Assembly: GCA_964036045.1 (NCBI GenBank)
Contig: OZ038379.1
Location: 20,522,001 to 20,586,000, forward strand
Origin: Eutreptiella sp. 'Long Island Sound 2002'
Taxonomy: Eukaryota; Protista; Euglenida
Reading direction: 5' to 3'
DNA length: 64,000 nucleotides
A program made the translations under genes and the position numbers. The notes below the pieces were generated by a model. The model did no database searches and had not been told where the DNA came from. It was given only the letters and a program-made list of their open reading frames with translations. Positions 10,801 through 23,435 of the stretch are shown in pieces (the first letter of the stretch is position 1; each line of letters opens with the position of its first letter).

Positions 10801-13748
10801 TGGCTTGTGACGTGTTTCCTGCACTTTTGGCACCTGAACCTGAACTTGGCTGGTGTTAGCGCAAGGACTGGGGAGGGGAGGGGGGGCACAAGGCTTATCT
10901 TCTCCCACCTTTGTTTTTCATGCTGGGGCTAGATACAGCAACGGGGTTGCTCTTTTTGATGCTCCAGGGTTCCTATTGACAAGGGCCCTTGTCCAATTTC
11001 ATGCAATGAAAGGCGCCTAGCCTGCATGATTGGCTGTTTGGCCTCCATTTCCTGTTTGCTCTGACAAGAAGTCCACTGCCCGTGCCCATGTTGTGCTGCC
11101 TTCAGGGTTGGTGCTGGGTTGCTTCACATGTTGTGTTTGTGTGTGTGTGCGACTGTGGTCAAAGGGTTTGTTTCTCGTGTTGGGTTGGTGGGAACCAGAG
11201 CAGGGTCTGTGTCCAACATGTTACTTCTATACCTGTCACTGGAGCGCAATTAGCATTCATTCTGTTGCACAGGCTGCAGAAAATTTCTGTCGATCAATGT
11301 CTGCACGTGCCAATACAGAACGAATGACCCCCAGTGCCATGTGTGTTGGTGTGTGTGTATGTGTGTTTGCGTGTGTGTGCGTGCATGCGCGTTGGGGCAT
11401 GCAGGCAGCTGTAGGGTATTTACCCTCCCCTCTTTTGTCCAGCCCTGACCGTCCATCTCCCCATCAGGGGGTGGGGGGGGGAGGACTATCACTGGCTAAT
11501 TCCTAAAGAAAACGCAACAGTGACAATGAAGATGGTGGTGGTGAAGAAGTAGGACAATCTCCCTCCTCAACATCCTCCCCATCAATGTTGACCACCTGAC
11601 CCTGAAACCGTGTACACTGTTCTTGCCACTAGAATGCACAGACTCAGGCCCATCCAAGCAGGACCCACCAGAGCTAGACCCGTCAGAAGTGGATCCATCA
11701 TCAGTGAAGTGGTTTAGGCGAAGTTTGCTCGGGGAACCTGTTGGATAGGCCGCACTCTTGGGGACAAGTCGTATTTTACATGGGACATTCCGGATGTAAA
11801 GACAATCCCCAAAAGCTGTTGGCACCAAAAGTGCCCAAACCTGGACGCTATTCTGCACCCAAACGCAGAAAGCACCCTGCAGCGAAGCCCGCTGCAGCCA
11901 GCTCGCAGTGGATTGCGAATTCTGCTTATTTGCATCATGTGCCTGAGAGCATCAGCATCTATGCATGTCAGCGTGTATCCAAGAGCCTTTGGCAACCACC
12001 AGCAAGCAAGTGACCAGCTATGAATTGTGCACAGGTTTGAGTGATGTCTGCAGCGTGTGTTTCGTGGTATTGTCTCGCAATTAACGCCATATTCTGGAAC
12101 GGCAAGGGTCCTTGAGGTACCATGGAAGGGTGGGAGTATAACATGTGGGTATGTTTCCCTTGAATCCCTTATAAAGTGCATGGCGGAGTGTGCACAACGG
12201 GCAAACTCCGTGCGTGCAGAGGAGCCACAGGCGTCGTAAATGGCAGCACCCTTTTGGGAATTTCGCGTTGTCAATTGCGAAATTGTCCTGCATCCCCTTT
12301 ATTTAGTGCTTCAAACGCCCCACAGGATCCATGCGCTGAAAGTTCGGGGAGTCATGCCCCCCATCAAAGACCAACCATCATGCCCAGGCTCGGCCATCAT
12401 GGTGGGCGCGGGCATCCCCGTAAATGTCCAAAAAGACATCACACCTTGGCTTGTGACGTGTTTCCTGCACTTTTGGCACCTGAACCTGAACTTGGCTGGT
12501 GTTAGCGCAAGGACTGGGGAGGGGAGGGGGGGCACAAGGCTTATCTTCTCCCACCTTTGTTTTTCATGCTGGGGCTAGATACAGCAACGGGGTTGCTCTT
12601 TTTGATGCTCCAGGGTTCCCATTGACAAGGGCCCTTGTCCAATTTCATGCAACGAAAGGCGCCTAGCCTGCATGATTGGCTGTTTGGCCTCCATTTCCTG
12701 TTTGGTCTGACAAGAAGTCCACTGCCCGTGCCCATGTTGTGCTGCCTTCAGGGTCGGTGCTGGGTTGCTTCACATGTTGTGTGCGTCTGTGTGTGTGTGT
12801 GTGACTGTGGTCAAAGGGTTTGTTTCTCGTGTTGGGTCGGTGGGAACCAGAGCAGGGTCTGTGTCCAACATGTTACTTCTATACCTGTCACTGGAGCGCA
12901 ATTGTGTGTGTGTATGTGTGTTTACGTGTGTATGTGTGCATGCGTGTTGGGGCATGCAGGCAGCTGTAGGGTATTTACCCTCCCCTCTTTTGTCCAAGCC
13001 TGACCGTCCATCTCCCCATCAGGCGGGGGGGGGGGGAGGACTATCACTGGCGAATTCCGAAAGAAAATGCAACAGTGACCATGAAGATGGTGGTAGACCA
13101 CTTCACTGATGATGGATCCACCTCTGACGGGTCTAGCTCTGGTGGGTCCTGCTTGGATGGGCCTGAGTCTGTGCATTCTAGTGGCAAGGACAGTGTACAC
13201 GGTGTCAGGGTCAGGTGGTCAACATTGATGGGAAGGATGTTGAGGAGGGAGATTGTCCTACCTCTTCACCATCTAGGCGAAGTTTGCTCGGGGAACCTGT
13301 TGGATAGGCCGCACTCTTGGGGACAAGTCGTATTTTACATGGGACATTCCGGATGTAAACACGATCCCCAAAAGCTGTTGGCACCAAAAGTGCCCAAACC
13401 TGGACGCTAACCTGCACCCAAACGCAGAAAGCACCCTGCAGCGAAGCCCGCTGCAGCCAGCTCGCAGTGGATTGCGAATTCTGCTTATTTGCATCATGTG
13501 CCTGACAGCATCAGCATCTATGTATGTCAGCGTGTATCCAAGAGCCTTTGGCAACCACCAGCAAGCAAGTGACCAGCCATGAATTGTGCACAGGTTTGAG
13601 TGATGTCTGCAGCGTGTGTTTCGTGGTATTGTCTCGCAATTAACGCCATATTCTGGAACGGCAAGGGTCCTTGAGGTACCATGGAAGGGTGGGAGTATGA
13701 CATGTGGGTATTTTTCCCTTGAATCCCTTATAAAGTGCATGGTGGAGT
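7885..13748. repeat. Four tandem copies of a ~1.6-1.8 kb composite repeat (decayed TE-like)
   Basis: Marker GCAGCTGTAGGGTATTTACCCTCCCCTC at ~7920, 9627, 11405, 12960; recurring ORF fragments (...HFIRDSR.TYPHVILPPFHG...); copy-specific indels. Confidence 0.92.
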
Positions 13749-14217
13749 GTGGGATACTTTCGAAGAAGAGGAGTTTCCAGAAGCCGTGGGGCCGACAAAA
13801 TGGTCTCGTTGCGGAGATTCTAGCAAAGTAAAACTCCCATCCACTGGACAAGCCATCCCACAGCCACCAAAAGAAGGAGATGTGGAAATGGCCCAAAGTG
13901 AGGGAAAAAAGCCAGCATCAAGGGAGAATGTCAACCAACAAGGTGAGAATGTGTTGGAAGAGTCTCAAAAAGAGATCAAGAAGGAGAACTTCTACTTCGT
14001 TGTGGACACTCTGGATTACAGAAGCAAGTTTGGCCACCGATTCTTGGTCAAATGGAGGGGCTATTCCCATGACCACAACACGTGGGAGCCTCTAAGTTGC
14101 TTTTTTCTAGGAGATGGAGTGGTCAACGACGTCTTTGAGGCGTACTGCAAGCACCATAACCTCAGCGACGTCCTAGTTGTGGCTAAGGAGAGGAGCGCCA
14201 AGCTGGAAGGGAAGTGA
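13749..14217 (+). pseudogene. Chromodomain-containing C-terminus, probably from a chromovirus integrase
   Basis: FYFVVDTLDYRSKFGHRFLVKWRGYSHDHNTWEP is a chromodomain motif; joined abruptly to the composite repeat at ~13748. Confidence 0.75.
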
Positions 14218-14361
14218 TTACATCGCAGGTGGAGAGCCATGTGATAGGTAGGGCATCTCAATTTCGTGCATCAGAGGCCCTTTGGAATGATTACATCGCA
14301 CATGGAGAGCCATGTGATAGGTAGGGCATCTCAATTTTGTGCATCAGAGGCCCTTTGGAAT
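14215..14361 (+). repeat. 73-bp tandem duplication
   Basis: TGATTACATCGCA...GGCCCTTTGGAA begins at 14215 and again at 14288. Confidence 0.9.
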
Positions 14362-14808
14362 AAAAGATTTGAAGCTATTTTCTGTTCCGAATGTTGTTGC
14401 AACCCCGTTTGAGACGGAAGAAAACACACCACACAAGCTTGAAACACTTACACGAGCACACACTGAACCCCAATGCTGCCACTTCCTGTCTCATTCTGCC
14501 TGAAAAGTGTCATGAAAAGCCGATGTGGCTAGGGCTTTGGAGGGTTTGACCTGCTATACTAAGGGCATGGAGCGTGCTATTGTGCACAAAACATGCCTAC
14601 CTTCGTTCCGTTCACTGCGCTCAAGTCTTTGTGCTACCCTTTATCTCATATTCTTAGATGATCCCAAGTTGTTTCGCCGCCGCAAGCTCAAAGTTTACAC
14701 CCCCTTCCTATGTACAATTGATGCAATACAAGATAGATGCCAGTCCACTCGGGGCCTCGCGGCACTTTTCGTAGCGCCACTGGTCGAGTTCGAAGTCCCT
14801 CATCTCAA

Positions 14809-15163
14809 GGGGGAGCCTTAAGCGCAGTGCGCGCGCAGTGCAACTATTTGGGCGTCTGGCCGTACTAGAGACCCATACTTTGAGATACTAGGGGCACCGA
14901 GGGGTATCATGGTGACCCCTAGCGGAGGTTTTGACTTCTGATTTTTCCACAACATGCTTGCGTGGAGGTTTGCTTTTTTATGTCGAGATTTATAATGCCT
15001 GCTAGATGTATTTTGGATATCACCGAGGTTATGTCGCTAGGTTTGGACTACTAGATTGGTAAGTTTGGGTCACCTAATTCTAAGGGCATTTCCAAGGGGT
15101 GTGCCTCGGGGCTCTTCGGGGGGAACATAGTTTAAAAGTAGCGCGTAGTGCAAGGATTCCCCC
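14809..15163 (+). mobile_element. ~355-bp MITE related to the 6225-7882 transposon
   Basis: Ends GGGGGAGCCTT / AAGGATTCCCCC, flanked by AA on both sides; last 100 bp match 7771-7882; GCGCAGTGCGCGCGCAGTGC subterminal motif is shared. Confidence 0.75.
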
Positions 15164-15959
15164 AAGGGGTAGACACTATCCGAAGGGTGGGCGGGTGGGA
15201 CACTCCATCCTCGATTATGAAAACCGACGAAGCGTAAAAGTGGAAACATGTGCATGCTGCATACATGCAATTAAATCAAAGACAGTGGCAGATCCAGGGC
15301 ATGCATTAAACTTCAGTTTCAACAGAAACTACGGTTTTTCACTCCCTTCCTCCGCGCAATGCATGCAATACAAAACAGATGCCGGTCCACTCGGGGCCCT
15401 ATTTCGAGAGGAAAGGATTTTCCCCATTGACCCCGTGTCGGTAAAAGCAAAAGGCAGGTACGTGTTGTCAAAAAACAAAAACGATCGTGCTGCGTGTGCA
15501 TCCAGCAACAAGCTGGACCAGGTAATATCCTGACGCCCCGCACTGAAAAAACTGGACCCGGTCCCTTTACAATTTTGTGCACAACTCTGATGCCCATAAA
15601 CTTTTTTCCGACACTTTGCAGCTATAAAATGCCATTGACTGCTTGCATTCTTAGTGCCTCTTACCATTTATTTTGGACCCACAGAGGGTGCTGCCGCATG
15701 GTGCACACCGTACATCAGGGTGTGCACCCTCAAATGCCGGTGGCCCATGCTTGGGGGTGGGTGGTTTGGAGCCACCGGCGGATGGTCTTGGGGGTGTGGG
15801 GGGTGGGTGGGAGGACCTGGACGACGTCCAGGAGAAGGGCCTCCCACTGGCACTGGGGCATGGCGCGCTCAGGGGTGTAGTCGTTGGGGTCGTGGGGGGC
15901 GCGGGCGAGGAGCTCGCGGAAGGTGTGGAGTCGGTGTTGCCCCCCCTGCCTGCCCGCCC

Positions 15960-18735
15960 CGCCTACCCAGTGAACTCGTTGTTCTCCAACTCAATTGGCA
16001 GCAATCGTAGGTAGTTGTGTACCACATTCAGACTTCCCCCCAAGCGAGGTCCACAAGCCACATCACAACTTCCTGCTCGACATGCAACAACTCCGAAAGG
16101 TCCACGATAATTGTTCTGCAACTTATTTCGTTGGTACCCAGAGAATATGTGGACATGCACCAAAGCCATATCTCCATTCTTGCAAATCACTTGACTTCTC
16201 TCTCCTTGTTCAACCTGGACAACTTGATTTGCCTTGCTCGATGAAGTATCTCTCTTGCTTTGTGACTTTATGATTGGAACTTCAGCCATCCGTTGACGCT
16301 TGGGTTGACTTCCTCCAAAACTCCAGCATACTCGGTGAAGTCCAAGTGCCATCCACCTTACCAAAGTGCATTTCGAACGGAGTAATTCCGGTCTACACCG
16401 AAGGCATATTGTTGAGGCACCACAAGGCAAGCCACTGCAGCTTCGGCCAATCCTTGGTCTGGAGCTCGAGCATCAGTATCCGGAGTAAGCTTAGGATGCT
16501 TCCGTTCGTCCGCTCCACCAATTCGTTTGACTGAGGTCGCTTTGGAGTTGAGAAATCAACCTTCACACCCAATGACGTCAAGATTCCTTTCCAAAACCCA
16601 ATGTCGGAGGTAAATCTCATGTCATTTCCGGAATGTAGTTGGACAGGGCAAGTGAGCTTGGAACACCATTGTTCCCACAACATACTCAGACACATGTCGC
16701 TGGTACACTTGGTGGTGGTGGTTGGGTAGGCTTGTTCCTTGACAACCCATCGACGGCAACAAGGCAACAAAGAAGTCATCATATCCTAGATATCTTGGTA
16801 GCGCTGTCAAGTGTACATAAGTCACAAGATGGTTTAGGCACACCTCTGATGAGTCCTCTCTCCGGTGTTGTCAAAGTCCCTTGTGCCACCAAACACTCAC
16901 ATTTTCATAGGATTCCAGCCATTTTCGCTTCGAACTCTTCATTCCTCAGGCGAGTTTCGAACTCTCTCATGAAACGGACAACTTCTTCTCGACTAACAAT
17001 CTTCTCAGCTTCCTATCTCCTTGCTTTCGCTGATGCCACGGGAGGACTTTCTCAACGCTGTCGGTGGGCACACAGATCCTACTTTCAGACTTTAACATAT
17101 CCATTTTGCTTCATTGGAAAAACGGCCCTTCAATCATCTTGTCTTCTCCCACTTGAAGGCTCGATAATAATTCAATAAAAACTGTCTTGTACTCTTCCCA
17201 CCTCCACTTCGGCATAGACAAATAAGGATCGGCTCATAGGAATAAATCCACGTCAACATCCATCCTTTGGAAGGCATTTTGTGCGGCTGCTTCTAAGTCA
17301 ATCTAAACGATCTCCCCGAACTTGTTCCTTGAACTCCAACCAGCCAGACAACTCATTCTTTGCACCAGGGCAGTGAAACACAAAAATAGGCATCTGGGAC
17401 AGGAACACGTACCATCTTTGGAGCTTCGGGTTCTGCGGAGGTTCCTTGTCCAGGAATGTCGTTGTTCCTTCGGCGTCACATATCCATATTATCTTTTGGT
17501 TGCTCAACCGTGTGTACTGACTGGACGAGAACTCCGCCCAATAATTATTGTTGGAACGTTGAATAATTTTTTGGGGCTTCATTGTACTTCCAATTGAAGT
17601 GCTCAAATGGTACAAAGTAGTGGTCTTCATTGTAGCTCGTCAAAAAACTTTCCATTTGACTTCTCCAGTCTGAAAATGTCTCTTTGGGCAACGTTGTTGA
17701 TTTGTCTCCTCTTAGACTCTTCAACCAGTTGCAATTGATAGAGAGATCCTCCACACCCGTAGTTGCACGAGTCAGTAACGAAGATGAAGGACTCGTTCGG
17801 CAGTGGGACTCCCAGAGTGTGTATGGGACACATCTTTTCTTTTAATTCTTCCAAAGCTTTGGTACATTCCTTGGATTCCCACTTCCTTGGATTCTTCTTC
17901 TTGATACAGTCGCTGATGTGGCCAGAATTCCAAGCAAACCTTGGCATGTGTCGTTTGTGAAATTTGACGGCTCCCAAAAACGAATTTATCTCGGTGGGGG
18001 TTGAGTTTTCATCTAGGTGAATTCGGCTTAGGGGACCCAATTTTGCACTGCTAGGGGCCCACCACCCATCACCAATGTCAAACCCAAGATACGCCAAAAT
18101 GGACTTTAGAATTTCACACTTGTCTATCCTCAAACGGCAGTTGTACTTGACCAATGTCTCGACTAATTCTTCCAATAACTTCAGTGTTGCCTTCACGGAG
18201 TTTGCTCCTACAAAAATGTCATCAATGCAGGCCTTCTACATAGCTCCATCATCCTTAACCGACTTCTACATGGACTCTTTCCTCTACCCTTCGGCAATCA
18301 TCTTATTGACCATGTCCTAGAATAATGCAAGCACATTATGGACTCCGAACGACATAATCAACAACCACTTGTAGGTTCTTCCTAATGGTGTCACGCAATA
18401 GTTCGGATGCTTGTTCCGTTAGCCGGATCTGCCAAAATCCGCTGCGCATGTCCATTTTGCACTTCACTTTTGGTCTTGCACTTTCTTCAACCGTCTCAAT
18501 CATGTTCGGAATTGTTCCTGCACGTGGCTTCAATCTTTTGTTCATCTGTCGATATCCGATAGCCATCCTCTGCCAAGGACGTTTTAGTATCACCTTCAGA
18601 CACGTTTTTGGCGACAATGAAGACATGCGAGTAGTACTTGGGGTAATCAGTTTCTTCCGCCAGCTTTGCTGCAACATTTTCGGCCATTTGTCGGTCGATT
18701 TCTTCGGAATCTTCCCCTGAAACCACAAAAGTACC
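15960..18735 (-). mobile_element. Degenerate Ty3/Gypsy LTR-retrotransposon pol (RT-RNase H-integrase)
   Basis: RT: RMAIGYRQMN...KMDMRSGFWQIRL, ACIDDIF (~18214-18233); RNase H: FVTDSCNYGCGG, NYSTFQQ; integrase: STPKRPQSNELVERTNGSI...DWPK; GPF motif NNYRGPFGV; many frameshifts; no LTRs recognised. Confidence 0.9.
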
Positions 18736-18805
18736 ACCTACCATCGAAGTGTTGACTACCTTGTTTAACACGGCTGGTGGGTGGGGTGGGGGGGGGGGGA
18801 ACTGA

Positions 18806-18940
18806 GGAGAAAAGAGGTAAAACTTAGTAAACAAATTTTTTAAAAGTTTTGTTTACTAAGTTTTACCTCTTTTCTCCAAAGTTTTACCAAATTTTACTAA
18901 GTTTTACTTCGTCTGGTACTAAGTTTTACCAAATACCCGC
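18806..18940. repeat. Perfect 30-bp-arm inverted repeat plus TACTAAGTTTTAC repeats
   Basis: GGAGAAAAGAGGTAAAACTTAGTAAACAAA (18806-18835) is the exact reverse complement of 18848-18877. Confidence 0.9.
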
Positions 18941-19415
18941 AACAACTGCCCCAGCCCAGTGGCAAGTTGTATTTTTTCCCCATGGATTCAGCCTGAATGT
19001 CCGTGTCTTATGCTGTGGGGCAACTCTCTCCAAGTGACAGACAGTAGAACATGCTTCGCCTCTTCTTCCTCACCTCCGGCCTAACCTTCTGACTTGTGGC
19101 TAACTGCGTGCCAGCCTCTGTGCAAGGTCAAGTAGGTAGAAGGGAGCTGTCCCTCAGTAGTACGGATGCGGACCAGTCCTCGTGTCCGACAAAACATGGC
19201 AACCACTTGAACATAAGCAGTCTCACGTAAGGCACACAAGGCACATAAGGCAAGGTGGTGTGGAAAACAAATGTCATCGAGAAATGCGAGACATTGCTGC
19301 AATGCATACCAGGCCGTGTCTTTGTGGAGCGCTTGTTGGCCTGTGTGTGGCCAGTACGCCACCCAGTACCGCACCTAGTTCCCCACGTGTATTGTTTTTA
19401 GCGGCTTGTACCAAG

Positions 19416-21805
19416 ATGGTGTCCGTTTGGCCAGATGCATCTGTTTGTGAAGATGACTTCAAGAATTCGTACCAATCCATGTGGAAGGGCCACCGGTTCT
19501 GCGATGAACAGAAAGAGCAGCAGTTCAATGAATTGTCTCTTTCCAATCTTGTGCGGCACTGTCTAGTTTGGTGCTCGCTTCTCCTGATTATCGACGTGGC
19601 AACGCCTTTGCTCATGACGGCTGGAGTGGCAAGGAAATCCTCCTCAGCCGCATCCCCAGTTTCGTGTCTTCTTTCATCATTTTGACAATGTGCGTCCCCT
19701 GCCTGAGAAAGCACATTGTGCTGGTGATAAGCATAGTATCCTTTTTGTGTGCAGCTTCCACCGGGTGGGCTGTGTATATCGAGACCCCTGTTTGGGTAAG
19801 ATATTCACTTGAGCAGCTGACATTGGTGCCAGAGCAGCTTGTCAACAACGAGGCGGCCATGCAGGAGCTGCGGTCCCACCTGCACCGGTTCCATGGTCAG
19901 ACAGTGCTCATTTTGCAGTTTTTACGCATAGTATTTGGCGTTCCCCTGCTGTTCTTGGCGGGATTCCGCCGGTCTACCCTCTGGGCCTGTCTGCTGCAGC
20001 CAATCGCCTTCGGTGCAGGGCTGTTGATCATCCCGGACCTCCGCCTGGACAACTTGTCTCTGGTCCTGGGTTGCAGTTGCTGTAATCTTGCGATTTTCAT
20101 GATCACCATGGTGATCATACGCCGCGACACCCTGTCACAGCGCCAGGCATTTTTTCAGCGAATCTTCTTTGAAGTTTCGTTGGACAAGGTTGTGAGATCC
20201 TCCCGCAAGGCAGACAGCATTCTCAACCACTCGCTGAAGAATCAAATGGCGGATGGGAGTGGGGCAATCGAGCTGTTCTTGGAGACTGTGAACATGAAGG
20301 ACCCGAAGTATGCACCGCTGCATGATGCCACCATTTGCCTCCAAAGGGGCATGCGAGCGTGTCGGCAGCGCCACGCCTACCTACAACTTGCTGCTGGAGA
20401 CTATGTGCTGTCGCTGCACACTGTGGCGCTGGAAACATTCGCCAGGCAGATCACCGCCGGCCGTGACATTGTCGTAGACGTTCCCTCGCTGCGGGTCAAT
20501 CTTGACCTCACCCTCCTCAGCCTTATTTTTGACAGCGCCATCTCCAATGCCTTTAAGCATGGCCACCCCGCCAACCCACAGGTCAAGTTCACCATCCGAC
20601 AGCTGTGCGTCTTGGAAAAGCATCCAAAGCAGATGGTAATGCTCTCCTTTCAAGTAACTAATGTGGCCAACCCTGCACGTCCTGCAGTGACCCCAGAGTA
20701 CATTGCAAAAGTGCTGAAGGGGGAAGCCAAAGCCAGCTCAGGACCCTCCACCAGCGCCATGTCCGACCAAATTGGACTGCAGCACTCCTACTTGGCCGCA
20801 AAGGCCCATGATATGTCCGTCTCCTTCACGCAAACTGGCTGTGATGTGCAATTCGAGGCACAGGTGAAAGCAGAGGTGGTGGAGATGCCGGAGAAAACCG
20901 AATCTGCAAGGGAAAGCACAGATCTGTCAAGCTTCCCTCCCAATCTAAAGATCTGCTACATCGATGACTCGGCAACCGCACGTCGGCTTGTGCACCACAA
21001 TCTCGTCACCCTGGCTGAGACCAAGGATGTGAAGGTATTTGGGAACGACGCAACCGAAGTGAACCTCTTCATTGAGGAAGTCCTCTCAGGGTCCCAAATC
21101 GCGATCTTGGACCAACACTTGGAATATGGAGGCGACGACGATGTGTTTGGCACGGACATTGTCAAGAGGCTCATCAAGGAGAAATTCCAAGGCCTCATCT
21201 GCATGCGATCGGCAAACACTTCCCATGAGGACCGGGAGCTGTACACCCAGGCTGGCGCACACTGTTCCTTTGGGAAGGAGATGCTGATGAAGGATATGAT
21301 CAAAGAGTTGAAGGCAGCGTATCTGCGGGTGGTTGTAGAACGTCAAGCGTCGACCTCGGGTGTTGACCTGGGGACCCATTCAGAAAATATGGCAGCCTCA
21401 AACTTGGGAAATCCCCTTGCGGAGGCCATGTCCGACACCTGCACAGTCCAGGCTACGCCAGTTGGGGGACTGCCCAACCCTGGCACAGCAGTGGCCCAGT
21501 GTGCACAGCGTAGAGCCAGGGGAGGGGCCATGTCCAGGAAGGCCACCAGCATTGTCCAGCTGAATGGAAATCCTTCCTCCCCCCTGCTTCAGCCTCAGAA
21601 CCTGGAGAGCCTACAGGGTGCGATGCCATGCAACGAGTTGCCCCCAACCCCTGTTGTGGAACCCCGACCCCCTCCCACTCACTGGAGCCGTTCTGCTCCT
21701 CAGAGGCTTGTTATCCAAACAAGACCCGATTTCCAAACACTGCCAATGGTGGCCACAGGAGGCGAGCTTGCTGGAAGCTACTGCACATCTGATGGGGGGC
21801 CATGA
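19416..21805 (+). CDS. Membrane-bound hybrid histidine kinase / response-regulator receiver protein (frameshift near 19620-19635)
   Basis: 745-aa ORF 19568-21805: several hydrophobic segments, H-box ADSILNHSLKNQMAD, N-box IFDSAISNAFKHG, receiver YIDDS...AILDQH...RSAN...AGAHCSFGK. Probable ATG at 19416 (MVSVWPD...) is in another frame and follows TTTTTAG. Confidence 0.8.
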
Positions 21806-22790
21806 TCCTCAGAGTCGTGCATCTCAGTTGTTACTGACTGGTAGCAAATCAGGGCGGTCCTTGCGATTTTTTCTTTTGTCTGTTTTTGGGACACGGGGCG
21901 TAGCGCGGACAGTGCACACTGCGGTGGTGGACGTCCACATCTTTGGCGGCGAGCGACAATTTCGTCCCAATTTGCCACTTGCTCCAAAAACATACATGTG
22001 AAAGCTGCGGGCAGGTTGCACAGACACCTCCACTACATCCCCATGGCTCATTTTCAGCACAGGCCGCGGCCCTGGAAAGCCTGTAGAAGGTCCACAAACA
22101 CACACACATGAAACATACGGTGAGGCATGCACGCACTGGGCCATGGTCTCTGAACCCAATGACTGAGATTCGCAATCCCCCTCTGGTAGGGCTCCCCTGC
22201 TACCCTCTTGGAGGACTGACCTTGGTGAGCAATAACCTAGATTTTGCTACGCAGGGGGGGGGGTCCAGATTGTGTTCCAGGCCTAGACAGACCCAGACAG
22301 ACCAGAACCTGTGTGTGTGTGTGTCTCAGCTGAAGTGATTTTGTGGGACTGGATCCCAGAATTAATCCGCATGGTGCACTGAGTGCGTCACACGGGCTCA
22401 GGGGGCGGGCATGGGTTTTATTCCCAGAGTATTCCCTGAGTGTTGCAGTTGCTTTGCTTGTGTCAGCGCGTCTCAGGGTGAGGACAGGGTACAGGGCCAT
22501 CAGTACAAGCAAAACGTGTCAGGGCCAGCCACTGGCCACATACCCGTCACGAGCATCCACGGGCTCCATGCCACTCAGGACAGTGCGCTGAGACACTGGG
22601 CTACTGGCCACTTGTACCAAGGGGACACCAAACTGAGCATGCATGAGACCCCTGCCCTGCCGTGGGTAAGCAAGGCTCTTTGGGAGACCGTGACTGGTAG
22701 CCCCAATTTCTTCTATTTGGTATGGCAGTGCCACGGCTGCTCCATCCATCTGGACCCAATGGCTCAGAGTCACAAGCGGGTCTGTAGTGA

Positions 22791-23435
22791 AACCTAGTAA
22801 AAAATTTTGTTCAAAATTTTTTTTTTACTAGGTAACAGTTTACTAGGTTCACTAGTCTTTACTAGGTATTGGGAACCTAGTAAAAAAAAAGGTTTTTTTT
22901 ACTAGGTTTCGGAACCTCGTAAAAAAGGTTTTTTTTTAACTAGGTTTCACAACCTAGTGGGCCCACTTCTGATTCTGCCCCCCGCTCTGAAGCGGTGGGG
23001 ACCCCCCAGGCGGTATGGGTTATGTAGCCACCTTGCCCACTTGTGGGCCACTTCTGATTCTGCCCCCCGCTCTGAAGCGGTGGGACCCCCCAGGTGGTAG
23101 GGGTTATGTAGCCACCTTGCCCACTTGTGGGCCACTTCTGATTCTGCCCCCGCTTTGAAGCGGTTGGGACCCCCCACGCGGCAGGGGTTATGTAGCCATT
23201 GCCCACTTGTGGGCCACTTCTGATTCTGCACCCCGCTCTAGGGGGACTCACAATCCTTTTTTGATTTTGCTCCCGGCGCTAGGCGTTGGGGATCCCCGAG
23301 AATGCGGGGGCGACGTAGCAATTCTGCCCTCTTTTGGCCCCCCCTTTTCTTTTTGCCCTTCGTGTTTGCAACAGTGTCCTCCAAGCAAATTTCTACGGAA
23401 GGCACTGAGGCAGGTACAAAGAAATCGGCAACAAT
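22791..23435 (+). repeat. Second copy of module: CTAG hairpins + ~3.3 x 85-bp units + 200-bp core
   Basis: Same order and near-identical sequence as 1-1217, with fewer 85-bp units. Confidence 0.9.

Noticed and set aside
7771-15163. LTR pair (7771-7882 and 15064-15163)
   Set aside because: No TG...CA ends or PBS/PPT; better explained as right ends of a DNA transposon and its MITE.
19568-21805. Bacterial contaminant two-component gene
   Set aside because: Embedded among host repeats, no operon, long low-complexity tail, degenerate G boxes.
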